In this document: positions 52,291 to 61,920 of the stretch, one piece after another | How the letters are laid out: every line of letters starts with the position of its first letter | Position numbering within the stretch: the stretch's first letter is position 1 | Assembly: GCA_965601925.1 (NCBI GenBank) | Contig: OZ271854.1 | Location: 2,016,001 to 2,080,000, forward strand | Source: Alkalispirochaeta sp. | GTDB lineage: Bacteria > Spirochaetota > Spirochaetia > DSM-27196 > Alkalispirochaetaceae | Length of the DNA stretch: 64,000 nucleotides | Reading direction: 5' to 3' | Notes under the pieces: generated by a model | Databases searched by the model: none | What the model saw: only the letters and a program-made list of their open reading frames with translations | Told to the model about the DNA's origin: nothing | Program-made: the position numbers and the translations under genes

Positions 52291-52429
52291 GCGCCGGGTA
52301 GCCGACGAAGGCTTTCGATCCGTCGTTGCGGCGGGTAGGAAACATCGCCCACCGGTCTCGGTCGCATCCCGTGCGTTTCATCACATCGATGGGGCCGTCC
52401 GAACGCGAATCCTGGGGGCAAGGAATACC

Positions 52430-53395
52430 GTGGAGATACTCTCGTTCGGCTTGGGGCTTTTCGCCATTATGGTGGCCGGTTTGGCGCTGGCGATCGGCAT
52501 TATTACCTATCATCGCTACCGTAGAGCGTGGCAGTTGTTATACCTCATATGCGCCGCGGCGTGGGTCGTCGATATCGGCTCGCATTATCTCGGATGGTTC
52601 GCCTTTGAGATGTCGGGATTCGTGTTTTGGGACGCGACCTCTTTCACGTGGCTCGATCTCGTCCTCATACCGTTCGATCTGTTTCTCATGCCGATCTGGC
52701 TTGTTATGTTGGTTCGGCGGACCGTGCAACGTACCCTGGTGGTTGCGCTCCTCGCGAACGTCATAGCGATCGTAATACTGCTTTTCGTCCTGGCGAATCG
52801 ATTTGCCGTCGAGGGACACGAGGCGACCGCCTTCGATATCGTGGTGGTGGTACTCCTGTTCCTGCAGTCCTACGGGATCTACTTGGCGAGTTTGACGTAT
52901 GCATTCTTCGGTCTCCGTAACCGGTCCGTCTCGGCCCAGCGTCGCGATTTTCGATTCGTCGTCCTCATTCTTGTCGCCTCTACCATCATCGGATACGTTG
53001 CCGACGTAATCGCGGAAAACGGAGCGTCGGCGGGCGGGTACAATCCGCGGCTCGAGCTTCCGATCTTTGCGTTGGTAGGGTTCGGCTTCATCGGGTATCG
53101 CCAGGCTCGGCGGCTCTTTCAGGAGACGTCCGGCGACCTCGGCGCCGGCGACGTGGTCGACAACGCCTTTTTTGCCGAGTATGGGCTCTCCCCGCGAGAG
53201 AGGGACGTCGCGTTGTCTCTCCGGGCGGAGGGGCGGACGAAGGACATCGCCGAGCGATTGTTTGTCTCCGAGTCGACGATAAACTCCCATATTCGCAACA
53301 TCTATCGCAAGTGCGACGTCCATTCGCGGGTCGAGTTGGTCAGCCTCATGCGCCGGTACGAACGATTGCCGAAAACGGTGATAGGCGCACGATAA
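52430..53395 (+). CDS. Membrane-embedded LuxR-family transcriptional regulator
   Basis: About 7 hydrophobic segments, then YGLSPRERDV...KDIAERLFVSESTINSHIRNIYRK...SRVEL. Confidence 0.88.
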   Translation: MEILSFGLGLFAIMVAGLALAIGIITYHRYRRAWQLLYLICAAAWVVDIGSHYLGWFAFEMSGFVFWDATSFTWLDLVLIPFDLFLMPIWLVMLVRRTVQRTLVVALLANVIAIVILLFVLANRFAVEGHEATAFDIVVVVLLFLQSYGIYLASLTYAFFGLRNRSVSAQRRDFRFVVLILVASTIIGYVADVIAENGASAGGYNPRLELPIFALVGFGFIGYRQARRLFQETSGDLGAGDVVDNAFFAEYGLSPRERDVALSLRAEGRTKDIAERLFVSESTINSHIRNIYRKCDVHSRVELVSLMRRYERLPKTVIGAR

Positions 53396-53727
53396 GGGGC
53401 GACGATATCCAACGGGTCCCATAACACATCGTCTCGGTCCTCCGGTACGGTTGTGAGAAATCGCGCACCGTCGCGTTCGTCAAACCGGTGGCCGGCTAGT
53501 CCGCTTGTGTGCTGTCGCGGATAGCGCGCAGTGATCACCGCGCGGAAGTCGATACCGCCGTCGCGGCGCGTCCGGCTCACCCCGAAAGAATCGGTACATT
53601 GCCGATCGAAACTTCGTAATCGTATCCCGCCTCTTCTACCGCATCCCGAATGTCGAAGTGATCCTCGCGGTTGTAACCGGACGACGCGGGCGCGCAGTTC
53701 CGGACGGGCCCGTGCTTCCGACGCGTC

Positions 53728-54537
53728 TCACAGTACCCGGTTCTTAAGGCGTATCGGCCCGTGGGGGTATCGAGTGATCATGTCTTGAACACGCTCCACG
53801 TCCTCGGGGTTGTCCAGATTTCGGGCGGTCCCCATACCGTACGGCACGTCCAGGCTCCTGCACTTCGATGCTCCGAGGTTGTGATACAAGAGAATTTCCG
53901 TTTCGTATGGACCGCTTCTCGACTTCGCGCTCTCTGCGCAGATGGCGACGATGTGCTCCTCCGAGTCGTTGATTCCCGGGACGATCGGACAACGGCGCGT
54001 CACCGCTACGCCGCGTTTACACAGCATGTCGAGATTCGCCTCCACCGTTTCAAGGTCCGCACCCGTGTTTTTCCGAAGGCGTAGCGAATCGCTGTCCTTG
54101 TAGTCGTAGAGATAGCGGTCGATGTACGGCAGCGAGGGCTCGATGTTGCGCCACGGTACGGCGCCGGAGGTCTCTACGGCCACGTGAATGCCCTCCTCCA
54201 TAGCGGCACGGGCGAGACGGGCGACAAACGCGGGGTGGAGAAGGGGTTCTCCGCCGCTGATGGTGAGCCCGCCGCCGGAGGTCTCGTAGTACGCCCGATC
54301 CTTTTTTACCACCTCCACGATCGCCTCGATACTCATCTGCGTGCCGACGGTACGGATCGTACCGGTGTTGGGATTTCGAAGAGCCTCGGCGCCGAAAGCC
54401 CACGACTCCGGGTTGTGGCACCACCTACAACGGAGGTGACAGCCCTTCAGAAATACGGTGGTTCGAATGCCCGGGCCGTCGTGCATGCTGCAACGGGCGA
54501 TATCGAAGATCAGCGGGTCGCCGGACGCGTTATCCAT
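53728..54537 (-). CDS. Glycyl-radical enzyme activating enzyme (radical SAM)
   Basis: HDGPGIRTTVFLKGCHLRCRWCHNPES, GGLTISGGEP, ETSG, LYDYK and PGIND. No ferredoxin insert. Start overlaps the GRE stop. Confidence 0.95.
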   Translation of the reverse strand: MDNASGDPLIFDIARCSMHDGPGIRTTVFLKGCHLRCRWCHNPESWAFGAEALRNPNTGTIRTVGTQMSIEAIVEVVKKDRAYYETSGGGLTISGGEPLLHPAFVARLARAAMEEGIHVAVETSGAVPWRNIEPSLPYIDRYLYDYKDSDSLRLRKNTGADLETVEANLDMLCKRGVAVTRRCPIVPGINDSEEHIVAICAESAKSRSGPYETEILLYHNLGASKCRSLDVPYGMGTARNLDNPEDVERVQDMITRYPHGPIRLKNRVL

Positions 54538-56851
54538 TGCTGGTTCTCTGGATAATCTCGTTCTGCGTATCTACATCCAACTCGACAAACCGAGCGCTGA
54601 AGCCGCCGCAGCGGACGATCAGGTTGCGATGGCGTTCCGGGTTAGCCTGGGCGTCCAAGAGCGTCGCTTGGTCGGTCACGGTGATCATAATCTGCGTGCC
54701 CCCGGGCCTCGCAAAGTATCCGTCCAGAAGCATCTTCACCTTCCCGCGTTCCCCGTTGAAGAGCGTCGGCGTACATTTGAGATTTTGCACGTAGCCCCCG
54801 TGGATATCGGGCCTGAACTTCGATATAGAGTTGAGCATGGCGGTTATGCCGTGCGTGTCGCGGCCGCTGTGCGGGTTGTTTCCCGGGGCGAGATGCTCGG
54901 TCCGAGCGCGCCCGTCCGGACTTGCGGCGGTCTTCAGGCCCCAAAGAGTGTTGGTGTTGTTGTTGATGTTTACCGCCAGAAAGCTGTGAAGTCCCACTTC
55001 GCGCCCTCGATTCCTGATGTAGGCACACGCGCGATCATGGAGGCGCGTCGCAATAGTGTCCACCGAGTCCTCGTCGTTACCGAACTTCGAGGCACCTTTG
55101 AGTCGCTCCGCGATGCCGGCGGGCCGCCCGTCGACGTCGTGTTCGCGCATGGATTCCGTTTCGATCCGCGCCATGAGATCCTGCAGCGTCATCATACGCT
55201 CCTCGAAGACGACCGACTCGATCGCTCGGAGGCTGTCTATTGCATTGGAGAAGCCGTAGAACTCATTGACCCCTCCGTAGTAACGGACGCCTCCTTCCAG
55301 AATCGGCTTTCCCCGGGCTATACAGTCGCGCATGAGTAGGCTCGGAAGGACGAACGAGGAGCGGGCGGCCATGAATCGGTAGCTCTCTATTTGATACCGG
55401 ACCGTGATCTCCAAGATGTGATCCAAGTAGTCGAAGTACGCTGCTTCTACCTTCTCGTAGCTGTCCAGCGTCCCAACGTCGACAAAGCGATAGTCGCCGC
55501 CGCGGTAGACTCCGTCGAACGGATCGATTCCCTTGTTGAGGGCCAGTTGGAGCACCTTGGTGAAGTTGACGCACACATTGGGCGAACCGGTCCCGCGTCC
55601 GTAGATCACATACTCTCCGCACCCGTATGGCACATACTGCTCGGCATCGTCACGGCTCACCGCCATCGCCGTCGCGACGGCCCCCACATTGACGCTATCA
55701 TTGTAGAGCATGGGAAAGGTGCATCCCCGTCCGATCGCGTCCAGAGCAAGATCGTAGATGTCTTCCGGCAGTTCGTCGTGCACCCGTAGGGTGAGTTGCG
55801 GTTTAACCGTCCCGGTACTCATGGTGGTCCGAATCGCCAGCCGCGCGACAATGTCCGCGGAGTGCGGATTTCGACGGCCGGCGCCGCCGATGATGACTCG
55901 GCCGTTGCCGCGGTTGCAGCAATCATCGATCAGATACCACAGACTCTCGAGGTACGTCGTCGCCCGCTCCTCCGTAAGCGTCCCGTCGGATAGGTCGCGC
56001 TCCAGGAAGGGGCCCAACTCGTCGTCGAGCCGTCCGTAGTTGACCACCCCTGCGAGTTGATCGTAGAGGAACATGAGCTGTATTGCGCTGTGAAGGGTCG
56101 TGGGCGGACCGGCCCGTACGGTGCGTAGCGACGATATCAACAGCGCCCGCGTCGCCTCGTCGACCTCGCCGTATCCCGCTTCGAGCATCTCGACGTAGTG
56201 CGAGACGGTGTCGAACATCAATGCCAACGCCTGAACACCGGCGGCGAGGAACTCATTGTCCGTCGAGTCCGCGAGCGCCGCTTCTATGTCGTCAAGGAGA
56301 CCCGGCAGACCCTTTTCGAGAAGTGTAGTGTGATCCAACTGGAGCCCGGAGAGTCTGGTCAGGACGAGTATCGGAGGGAGAAGGTCGGTGATGTCGCCGC
56401 CGAACGCCGAGGCGTCGTAACGGGTCGAAAAGTCATCGACCGCTTGGGTGTGGGTATCGTTGTGCTTCCAAAAGGCGATCAGACGATCGAGTCGGGCGCG
56501 CAAGTCCGCGGTCCGTGTCCGGGATCGCATCGCGGTAAGTTGGTCGACGCGGCCGTAGTACGAAGGACCGCCGCTGTTCATCTCGCGAGTACTCGCCCCG
56601 TTAATGGGCACCATGTCTTCCCGGTCGTTGGGGTCGTCGCCGCCGCCCAAATTGGCCCACTCCAGACCGTGGCCGACGGGCAACACGATGAAACGCCCTA
56701 CAAAGAGGTCGGTCCTCCGGGGCGGAACGAACACCTCGGGAAAGAGCTCCCTGAGACACACAACTTCTCTGAAAGATTTTGACATGCCGGACGTCTCTTG
56801 GTAACGCTCCGTGAAGCGTTCCATCAATGCGACGCGTCGCGTGATATCCAT
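54530..56851 (-). CDS. Glycyl radical enzyme of unknown specificity (non-PFL, single-Cys type)
   Basis: GRLD, QLTLR, P..YND, Cys loop PYGCGEY (Cys411), KFGND, ASPDGR and Gly loop NLIVRCGGFSARFVEL (Gly750), ending QNEIIQRT. Confidence 0.93.
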   Translation of the reverse strand: MDITRRVALMERFTERYQETSGMSKSFREVVCLRELFPEVFVPPRRTDLFVGRFIVLPVGHGLEWANLGGGDDPNDREDMVPINGASTREMNSGGPSYYGRVDQLTAMRSRTRTADLRARLDRLIAFWKHNDTHTQAVDDFSTRYDASAFGGDITDLLPPILVLTRLSGLQLDHTTLLEKGLPGLLDDIEAALADSTDNEFLAAGVQALALMFDTVSHYVEMLEAGYGEVDEATRALLISSLRTVRAGPPTTLHSAIQLMFLYDQLAGVVNYGRLDDELGPFLERDLSDGTLTEERATTYLESLWYLIDDCCNRGNGRVIIGGAGRRNPHSADIVARLAIRTTMSTGTVKPQLTLRVHDELPEDIYDLALDAIGRGCTFPMLYNDSVNVGAVATAMAVSRDDAEQYVPYGCGEYVIYGRGTGSPNVCVNFTKVLQLALNKGIDPFDGVYRGGDYRFVDVGTLDSYEKVEAAYFDYLDHILEITVRYQIESYRFMAARSSFVLPSLLMRDCIARGKPILEGGVRYYGGVNEFYGFSNAIDSLRAIESVVFEERMMTLQDLMARIETESMREHDVDGRPAGIAERLKGASKFGNDEDSVDTIATRLHDRACAYIRNRGREVGLHSFLAVNINNNTNTLWGLKTAASPDGRARTEHLAPGNNPHSGRDTHGITAMLNSISKFRPDIHGGYVQNLKCTPTLFNGERGKVKMLLDGYFARPGGTQIMITVTDQATLLDAQANPERHRNLIVRCGGFSARFVELDVDTQNEIIQRTSNG

Positions 56852-56871
56852 CGTCGGCCCTCCGCAATATA

Positions 56872-56947
56872 AGATTATCGTAAACCGAGGATCTCGATCG
56901 CTTCCTCCTCCGGAATGATGTATACTGAACTATATTGACGATATTCT
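56872..56947. promoter_or_regulatory. Inverted 13-bp half-sites between the GRE and its divergent AraC regulator
   Basis: AGATTATCGTAAA (56872-56884) and TTGACGATATTCT (56935-56947; reverse complement AGAATATCGTCAA) match at 11/13 positions. Confidence 0.45.
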
Positions 56948-56995
56948 GTCGGAAATGCGTCAGCGCGGATGCACATCGATAGGGGAAAGCGGTAC

Positions 56996-57844
56996 ATGAA
57001 GCCTCCCGACCGCGGAGAAACGGCGGTTCTGCACCTCCGTGATTACGTACACGGCCGAGAACCGTCGATCCACATCGCCCGCTCGATCTACTCGCGTACC
57101 CGGCGTCATCCCTTGCACGCGCACGACTTTTACGAGTTTTACATCATAGAAGAGGGACGGCTCCGTCACCAACTCAACGGGCGCGAGGTGAGTCTGGAGA
57201 AGGGGGCATTCCAGATGATTCGTCCCCTCGACATCCACGCCTTTGAGGGACTGAGCGACCGAGAGAGCGTCTTGTTGAACGTCGCCTTCTCTCCCGCCGT
57301 CTACGATCGCCTCGCCGCCGCGTTCGACGTCGGGCTTATTGAGCGCCCCGTACCCGTATATCTGACGTCGGGGTATCTCGCCCGTCTCCGAGAGCGTGTG
57401 AAGTGGATAGAGCGCGGAACACTGAGCCCGTACCCGTTTTTGGCGGCGCTGTTCATCGAGTATGTCATCGGGGCGCGACACGCCCGGGAGGAGGCGGAGA
57501 CCGACGTCGTGCCGTCGTGGCTCAAAACGTCGATGAATGCGATGGAGAGCCCGGACAATCTCCGCGGCGGTCTCCAGCGCTTCGTCGAGTTGTCGGGGAA
57601 ATCGCAGGAGCATCTCACCCGCTCTCTGAAGCGACTCCTGGGTATCACGCCGTCGGCGTGGATCAATGCGCATCGCCTCGAGTGGGCGCATAGGATAATC
57701 CGCGAAACGGACCGCACCATCCTCGATATCGGTTTTGAGGTGGGGTTCCGGTCCGAGTCTTACTTCTACCGGTTATACAAGGCCTATTTCGGGACGACTC
57801 CGCGCCGCGAGAGACGGCGAGAGGCGACTTCGAGCGCACCGTAG
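56996..57844 (+). CDS. AraC family regulator, ChbR/CelD-like
   Basis: Cupin LHAHDFYEF....G...H.LNG and IRP.DIH; VPSWLK; LSGKSQEHLTR......TP...IN..R; GF.S.SYFY..YK..FG.TP. Confidence 0.88.
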   Translation: MKPPDRGETAVLHLRDYVHGREPSIHIARSIYSRTRRHPLHAHDFYEFYIIEEGRLRHQLNGREVSLEKGAFQMIRPLDIHAFEGLSDRESVLLNVAFSPAVYDRLAAAFDVGLIERPVPVYLTSGYLARLRERVKWIERGTLSPYPFLAALFIEYVIGARHAREEAETDVVPSWLKTSMNAMESPDNLRGGLQRFVELSGKSQEHLTRSLKRLLGITPSAWINAHRLEWAHRIIRETDRTILDIGFEVGFRSESYFYRLYKAYFGTTPRRERRREATSSAP

Positions 57845-58444
57845 GCCGGTGCTCGACACATGGTTGTTACGGACGAACTACCTCGCGAGCGTAGACCGCC
57901 GTCGGTGTCCATTGCGGTTGAAGGTAGTGCCATCCCGTCTTGTTCTCCTCCCGCAACTCACATGGAGCCGGTAGGACGCGTTTGTACACGCGAGTTGCCG
58001 GGGTAGGGTCGGTCTCGCTGTGCATCACTATCTCCGAGGGAGCGTTCTCCGTCTCTGCGAGGGCGAGCGTCACGGCGTCCGGTGAGTCGGCGAGCCCCAT
58101 CGCGTGCATCGCCGCCGGAGAGGCGAAAAAGATGGGACTTTCGAAGCGCAGCAGCCCCCGCGTCTCTCCGTCTTTCCGTGCGACCCCCGTTCCTCATTGG
58201 CGTCGTTCTTCATGGAAGAAACGCATCGTCGCGTTCTCGTCCCGGCAGCGTCAAGAATAATGATTGTACTCGATTCCGTCCGGTACTCGTGTCGGAAGCT
58301 GGTGTCGGCGCCTTGCGAGATGCACCGATGTGGTGCTGAGTCTTCGCCCGGCCCGGCCGGTCTCCAATCACCGATACACCGTTCGTCGATGAGCGTCTTC
58401 ACCGCGGTTGCGGGCGGTCGCTCGCGGGGCTACTATGAGCGTGC

Positions 58445-59626
58445 ATGGAGTTGCAACACACACGCGACTTGCGTCTTCACAAACTCGACCGCGTCATTCG
58501 GCTCTTCTCACGCGCCAAAGGCTGGACGCGAAAAGAGTTGGAGATCGAGACGGGCTACAGCTACGGAACGATTTCGAATATTCTCCAGACCCTTCTTTCC
58601 GATGGTATCGTTCGCGAGGAGAGCATTCAGGAGTCTTCGGGCGGCCGAAAACCGCACATATACACCCTCGACGGAAGTCGAGCCCGCTTTCTTTCGCTCG
58701 ACATCGGCACGGCACGCATAAAGTGGGCTCTTCAGGATGTGCGGGGTATGTCGCTGGAGCGGGGAACCGTTACGGACAATCCGGCGGTCCCGCTGCAACA
58801 GGTCGTCGAAGAGGCGTTTCGCGACGCCCGCCGCGGAATCGAGCGTCAAGGACTCTCGATCGAACTGCTTCATAGCGTCGCGATCTCTATCCCCGGCCAC
58901 TACCGACCGACCGACGATTGCATCGTCCGCAGTTCCACGGAGCGAATCGGCTCTCTCAAGCTGGCCGAGATGCTCGACGAGTTTTCACGAACGCGAATCG
59001 TGATCGAGTCCGACGCGCACGTCGCCTCGCGCCGCGATATTGCCACGATGATTCCCGGTCTCGACGGCGCCGCCGTTGCGTTATACCTCCTTGTGACCGA
59101 GGAGGGGGTGGGTTCGTCTATTGTGATCGGCAATCGCGTGCACTACGGCGCCGGCGGTCACGCCGGTGAGGTGCATGTGCTTCCGGTGCGAATCGGAGGC
59201 GAGGTCAGACCGCTCGGTGAGTTTTTGGATGTACAGGTCAACAAGGACTACGCGGAGACGGCTCTTGGACGTGCGTTTACTATCGTCGAGTACGTCGATT
59301 TGCTGGTCGAAGGCGACGCAGCGGCGGTAGCGCGCTACCGAACGATTGTCGACGCCTTTGCCGAGGCTATCTATCTACTCGACAATATCCTCGACCCCGA
59401 TTTCGTCATTATATCGGGTATCTACAACGCGTTGGGGTCGCGGTTGGCCGACGATATTCGCGATGCGCTCGGTAGACGGTCCGAGCCGCACCTCATCGAT
59501 AATCTTCAGCTCCTCTTGGCACCCTCGGATCCCGATCTCATGCTGAACGGGTTGGCGTACCTACAGGTAGAGGAGTGGCGTAAGGATCGAGTGACGCAAC
59601 TGCGACAGCCGAGTGACGTGTTGTAG
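58445..59626 (+). CDS. ROK family transcriptional repressor
   Basis: wHTH (TRKEL...TG.S..TIS.I...L; SSGGRKP), SLDIG, ISIPG, ESDA, GVGS.IV.G....G..G.AGE and LDP..VI.SG. Confidence 0.9.
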   Translation: MELQHTRDLRLHKLDRVIRLFSRAKGWTRKELEIETGYSYGTISNILQTLLSDGIVREESIQESSGGRKPHIYTLDGSRARFLSLDIGTARIKWALQDVRGMSLERGTVTDNPAVPLQQVVEEAFRDARRGIERQGLSIELLHSVAISIPGHYRPTDDCIVRSSTERIGSLKLAEMLDEFSRTRIVIESDAHVASRRDIATMIPGLDGAAVALYLLVTEEGVGSSIVIGNRVHYGAGGHAGEVHVLPVRIGGEVRPLGEFLDVQVNKDYAETALGRAFTIVEYVDLLVEGDAAAVARYRTIVDAFAEAIYLLDNILDPDFVIISGIYNALGSRLADDIRDALGRRSEPHLIDNLQLLLAPSDPDLMLNGLAYLQVEEWRKDRVTQLRQPSDVL

Positions 59627-59760
59627 GCGGCACGTATCACCGACGGAGGAGCGGCGGCGTCGGGCCGTCGGCGCCGGACAAACAAGACGCGTGGCGAGGG
59701 CGTTGTCCGTCGTGCACGATCATCCCGGGACGTTGCGCTCGCCGAAACGGCAGACGACGC

Positions 59761-61914
59761 CTACGTCGCTACGACGTCACCCTCGAAGCGGTGTCGCTCA
59801 TTACCGTTCACCGCCACCATGACCGCCGCCTGCGTGTTTTCTACCTCGTTTACTCCCTTGAATAGAGCGCTTCTCAGCCGACCACCGTGCACCGCGAGGG
59901 CGCCGGCACAGCGACCGGGGCCCTCAAACGCGATCACCGTTCCGGCCACATTGAAGTGTACGTTGGTGGGCGTGGCGGAGAACTTGAAGAAAAAGATGAA
60001 CTCCTCGTCTTCGCCCGCGTAGCGAAAGAATCGTATCCCGGGTGCCGACGGCACGCCGGGTGTGATCCGCCGGGCGGCGAGAAACGCCGGAAAGGCCGAA
60101 GGACGTTCGATGTGCGCCGACGGAATGTCGATGAGTCGATCTCCGTCCGCCGCAAGGGGGGACAAGGACTCACCGTCCCACGTCCGACGCGGGCGATTCC
60201 CGCCGTAGAGGAGGACACCACCGGCGTCCAGATAGTTCTGCAGCGCTCGATGGAGCGGCGCCGATATGCGTTCGCCGGCGACCACTACGAGCGGCTCGGG
60301 CGCGATTGCGGCGAGGTCGTCTCGTCCTTCGAGTCCGATGAGCCGGGGTATGTAGCCCGCCTCTTGAGCGGCGCAACTGAGCCGCTCCATCTCCGATCCC
60401 CCGGCACGGATACCGTCGATACCGCTCCCATCTCGCGCCCAGCTCATTACCGCGGCGTACGGCGCCGGTACGGCAAAGGCGATGTCGCTGATGCGACCGG
60501 CGGCGAGCAACCCCTTCCCCTCGGCACCGAACCACCGGTTGATGTCCTTCATGGCCGCGTACATCGACGTGGTTGTTCCATCGGCGCGGATCGGCGCATC
60601 GGACGGAAATGTCGAATGCTGCAGTTTGGTCATGCTATCCAGGTCGTCGTCCCAGTAATCGTGTTGTACCGCGCAGAAGACCGTATAGCCCGTCCCACCC
60701 GCGGCTATCGATAGGAGCGTCTGGAAGAACGGCACAAACGGAGCCGCGGAAAAGGGATGATAGAGCTTTGCAAACCCCCAGTTCTCCTCTAAGTTGATGC
60801 CGCGGCACCGGGCCGCGGTATTTACATAGCGGTTGAAGACGTCGTTCGGCACGGTAGACCTCGACGTATCGATCGTCGAGGGGTCATCGATATTGTACGC
60901 CGCGACACCGAGCCAACTGATGAAGCCGTAGTGGTAGATCTCGTCGTCGCGTTCCAGACGGTTCATGTGAAGCCACCAGTCCGCGTACCGTTTCGCCGGG
61001 CGAGTGCGCGTGCGCTGCGTCTCGCGCAGAGGTACGCCGTGCGTTCTCTGGGGGACGTTTTCCTCGATCGGCGGTGTGATTCCCGCGTGGTTGGATAGGT
61101 GAGGCAAATCGACTCCCAACATCTCGCGATATCGTCTGTACGTCTCTCTCCGCAGCCACCATTGATAGTCGGACCACCGGATGAGCGACGCCGCGGCGTC
61201 TCGTGCGCCGGTGGCGATCGGTACGATACGCGGTATCTGCCCGAGGACGACGCCGGTCGCCCGGCGATACTCGGCGATGGAGCTCTCTTCGTAGCCCAGC
61301 GTCCACGGCGGACTATTACTCGTGCAATACAGCGTCTCGTCGTTGATCTGGACGCCGATAACCGGCCCCGATGGGTAGACGAACGGCCGAAGGAGCGATC
61401 CTACCGCATTGAGCCACGTTGCGGCCATTCGTATGTATTCTGAGTCGAAGGGGGCGGGAAGTATGGCCCCGTCGTACTCCCATCTCACCGCCCGTCCCCG
61501 ATAGTTGAGCGCGGGTGAGATCCGTGACGTGTACGACGGACTGGCCGCGTCCGGGAGACCCCCGATATTGAGTTCCGAGTGAACGAAGGGTCCCGGCTTG
61601 ACGATGGCGTGCATGCCGGTGTCGGCGACCGTGGCGATGAATCCCCTTACATCGCGATTGGCCGCCGTCGTACCGGAGAAGTCGAATTGTTGTGGATCGT
61701 TCGCTACCTGGTGGTGACGCCATGGAACGTAAAACGTGACGGTATTGGTGCCGGCCGCGCGGATGAGATGCAGTGTTCGGCTCCACGACTCCCGGCGATC
61801 GCGATAGTATTGATACTCCGCCGCAATTACGAAGTGCGGATCGCCGTCTATGATGAAGTGGCCGTCTCGATACGCGACCGGTTCATTCGCCGAAGTATCG
61901 ATCATGTTTTTCAT
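59761..61914 (-). CDS. GH35-like glycoside hydrolase (possible exo-beta-glucosaminidase type)
   Basis: EYQYYR...W...L......G.NTV.FYVPW..H......FDF.G, KPGPFVHSEL..GGLP and GPVIGVQINDE. No signal peptide from ATG 61914/61905. Confidence 0.85.
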   Translation of the reverse strand: MKNMIDTSANEPVAYRDGHFIIDGDPHFVIAAEYQYYRDRRESWSRTLHLIRAAGTNTVTFYVPWRHHQVANDPQQFDFSGTTAANRDVRGFIATVADTGMHAIVKPGPFVHSELNIGGLPDAASPSYTSRISPALNYRGRAVRWEYDGAILPAPFDSEYIRMAATWLNAVGSLLRPFVYPSGPVIGVQINDETLYCTSNSPPWTLGYEESSIAEYRRATGVVLGQIPRIVPIATGARDAAASLIRWSDYQWWLRRETYRRYREMLGVDLPHLSNHAGITPPIEENVPQRTHGVPLRETQRTRTRPAKRYADWWLHMNRLERDDEIYHYGFISWLGVAAYNIDDPSTIDTSRSTVPNDVFNRYVNTAARCRGINLEENWGFAKLYHPFSAAPFVPFFQTLLSIAAGGTGYTVFCAVQHDYWDDDLDSMTKLQHSTFPSDAPIRADGTTTSMYAAMKDINRWFGAEGKGLLAAGRISDIAFAVPAPYAAVMSWARDGSGIDGIRAGGSEMERLSCAAQEAGYIPRLIGLEGRDDLAAIAPEPLVVVAGERISAPLHRALQNYLDAGGVLLYGGNRPRRTWDGESLSPLAADGDRLIDIPSAHIERPSAFPAFLAARRITPGVPSAPGIRFFRYAGEDEEFIFFFKFSATPTNVHFNVAGTVIAFEGPGRCAGALAVHGGRLRSALFKGVNEVENTQAAVMVAVNGNERHRFEGDVVAT

Positions 61915-61920
61915 GACAAA

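Noticed and set aside
53396..53727. Protein-like fragments on the minus strand downstream of the activase
   Set aside because: They are short, split across frames, and have no recognisable motif or start signal; they cannot be supported without a homology search.
54530..56851. Annotation as pyruvate formate-lyase (pflB) or choline TMA-lyase (cutC)
   Set aside because: It lacks the PFL Cys-Cys pair and the CutC GCVEP loop, has no microcompartment genes, and sits in a carbohydrate context.
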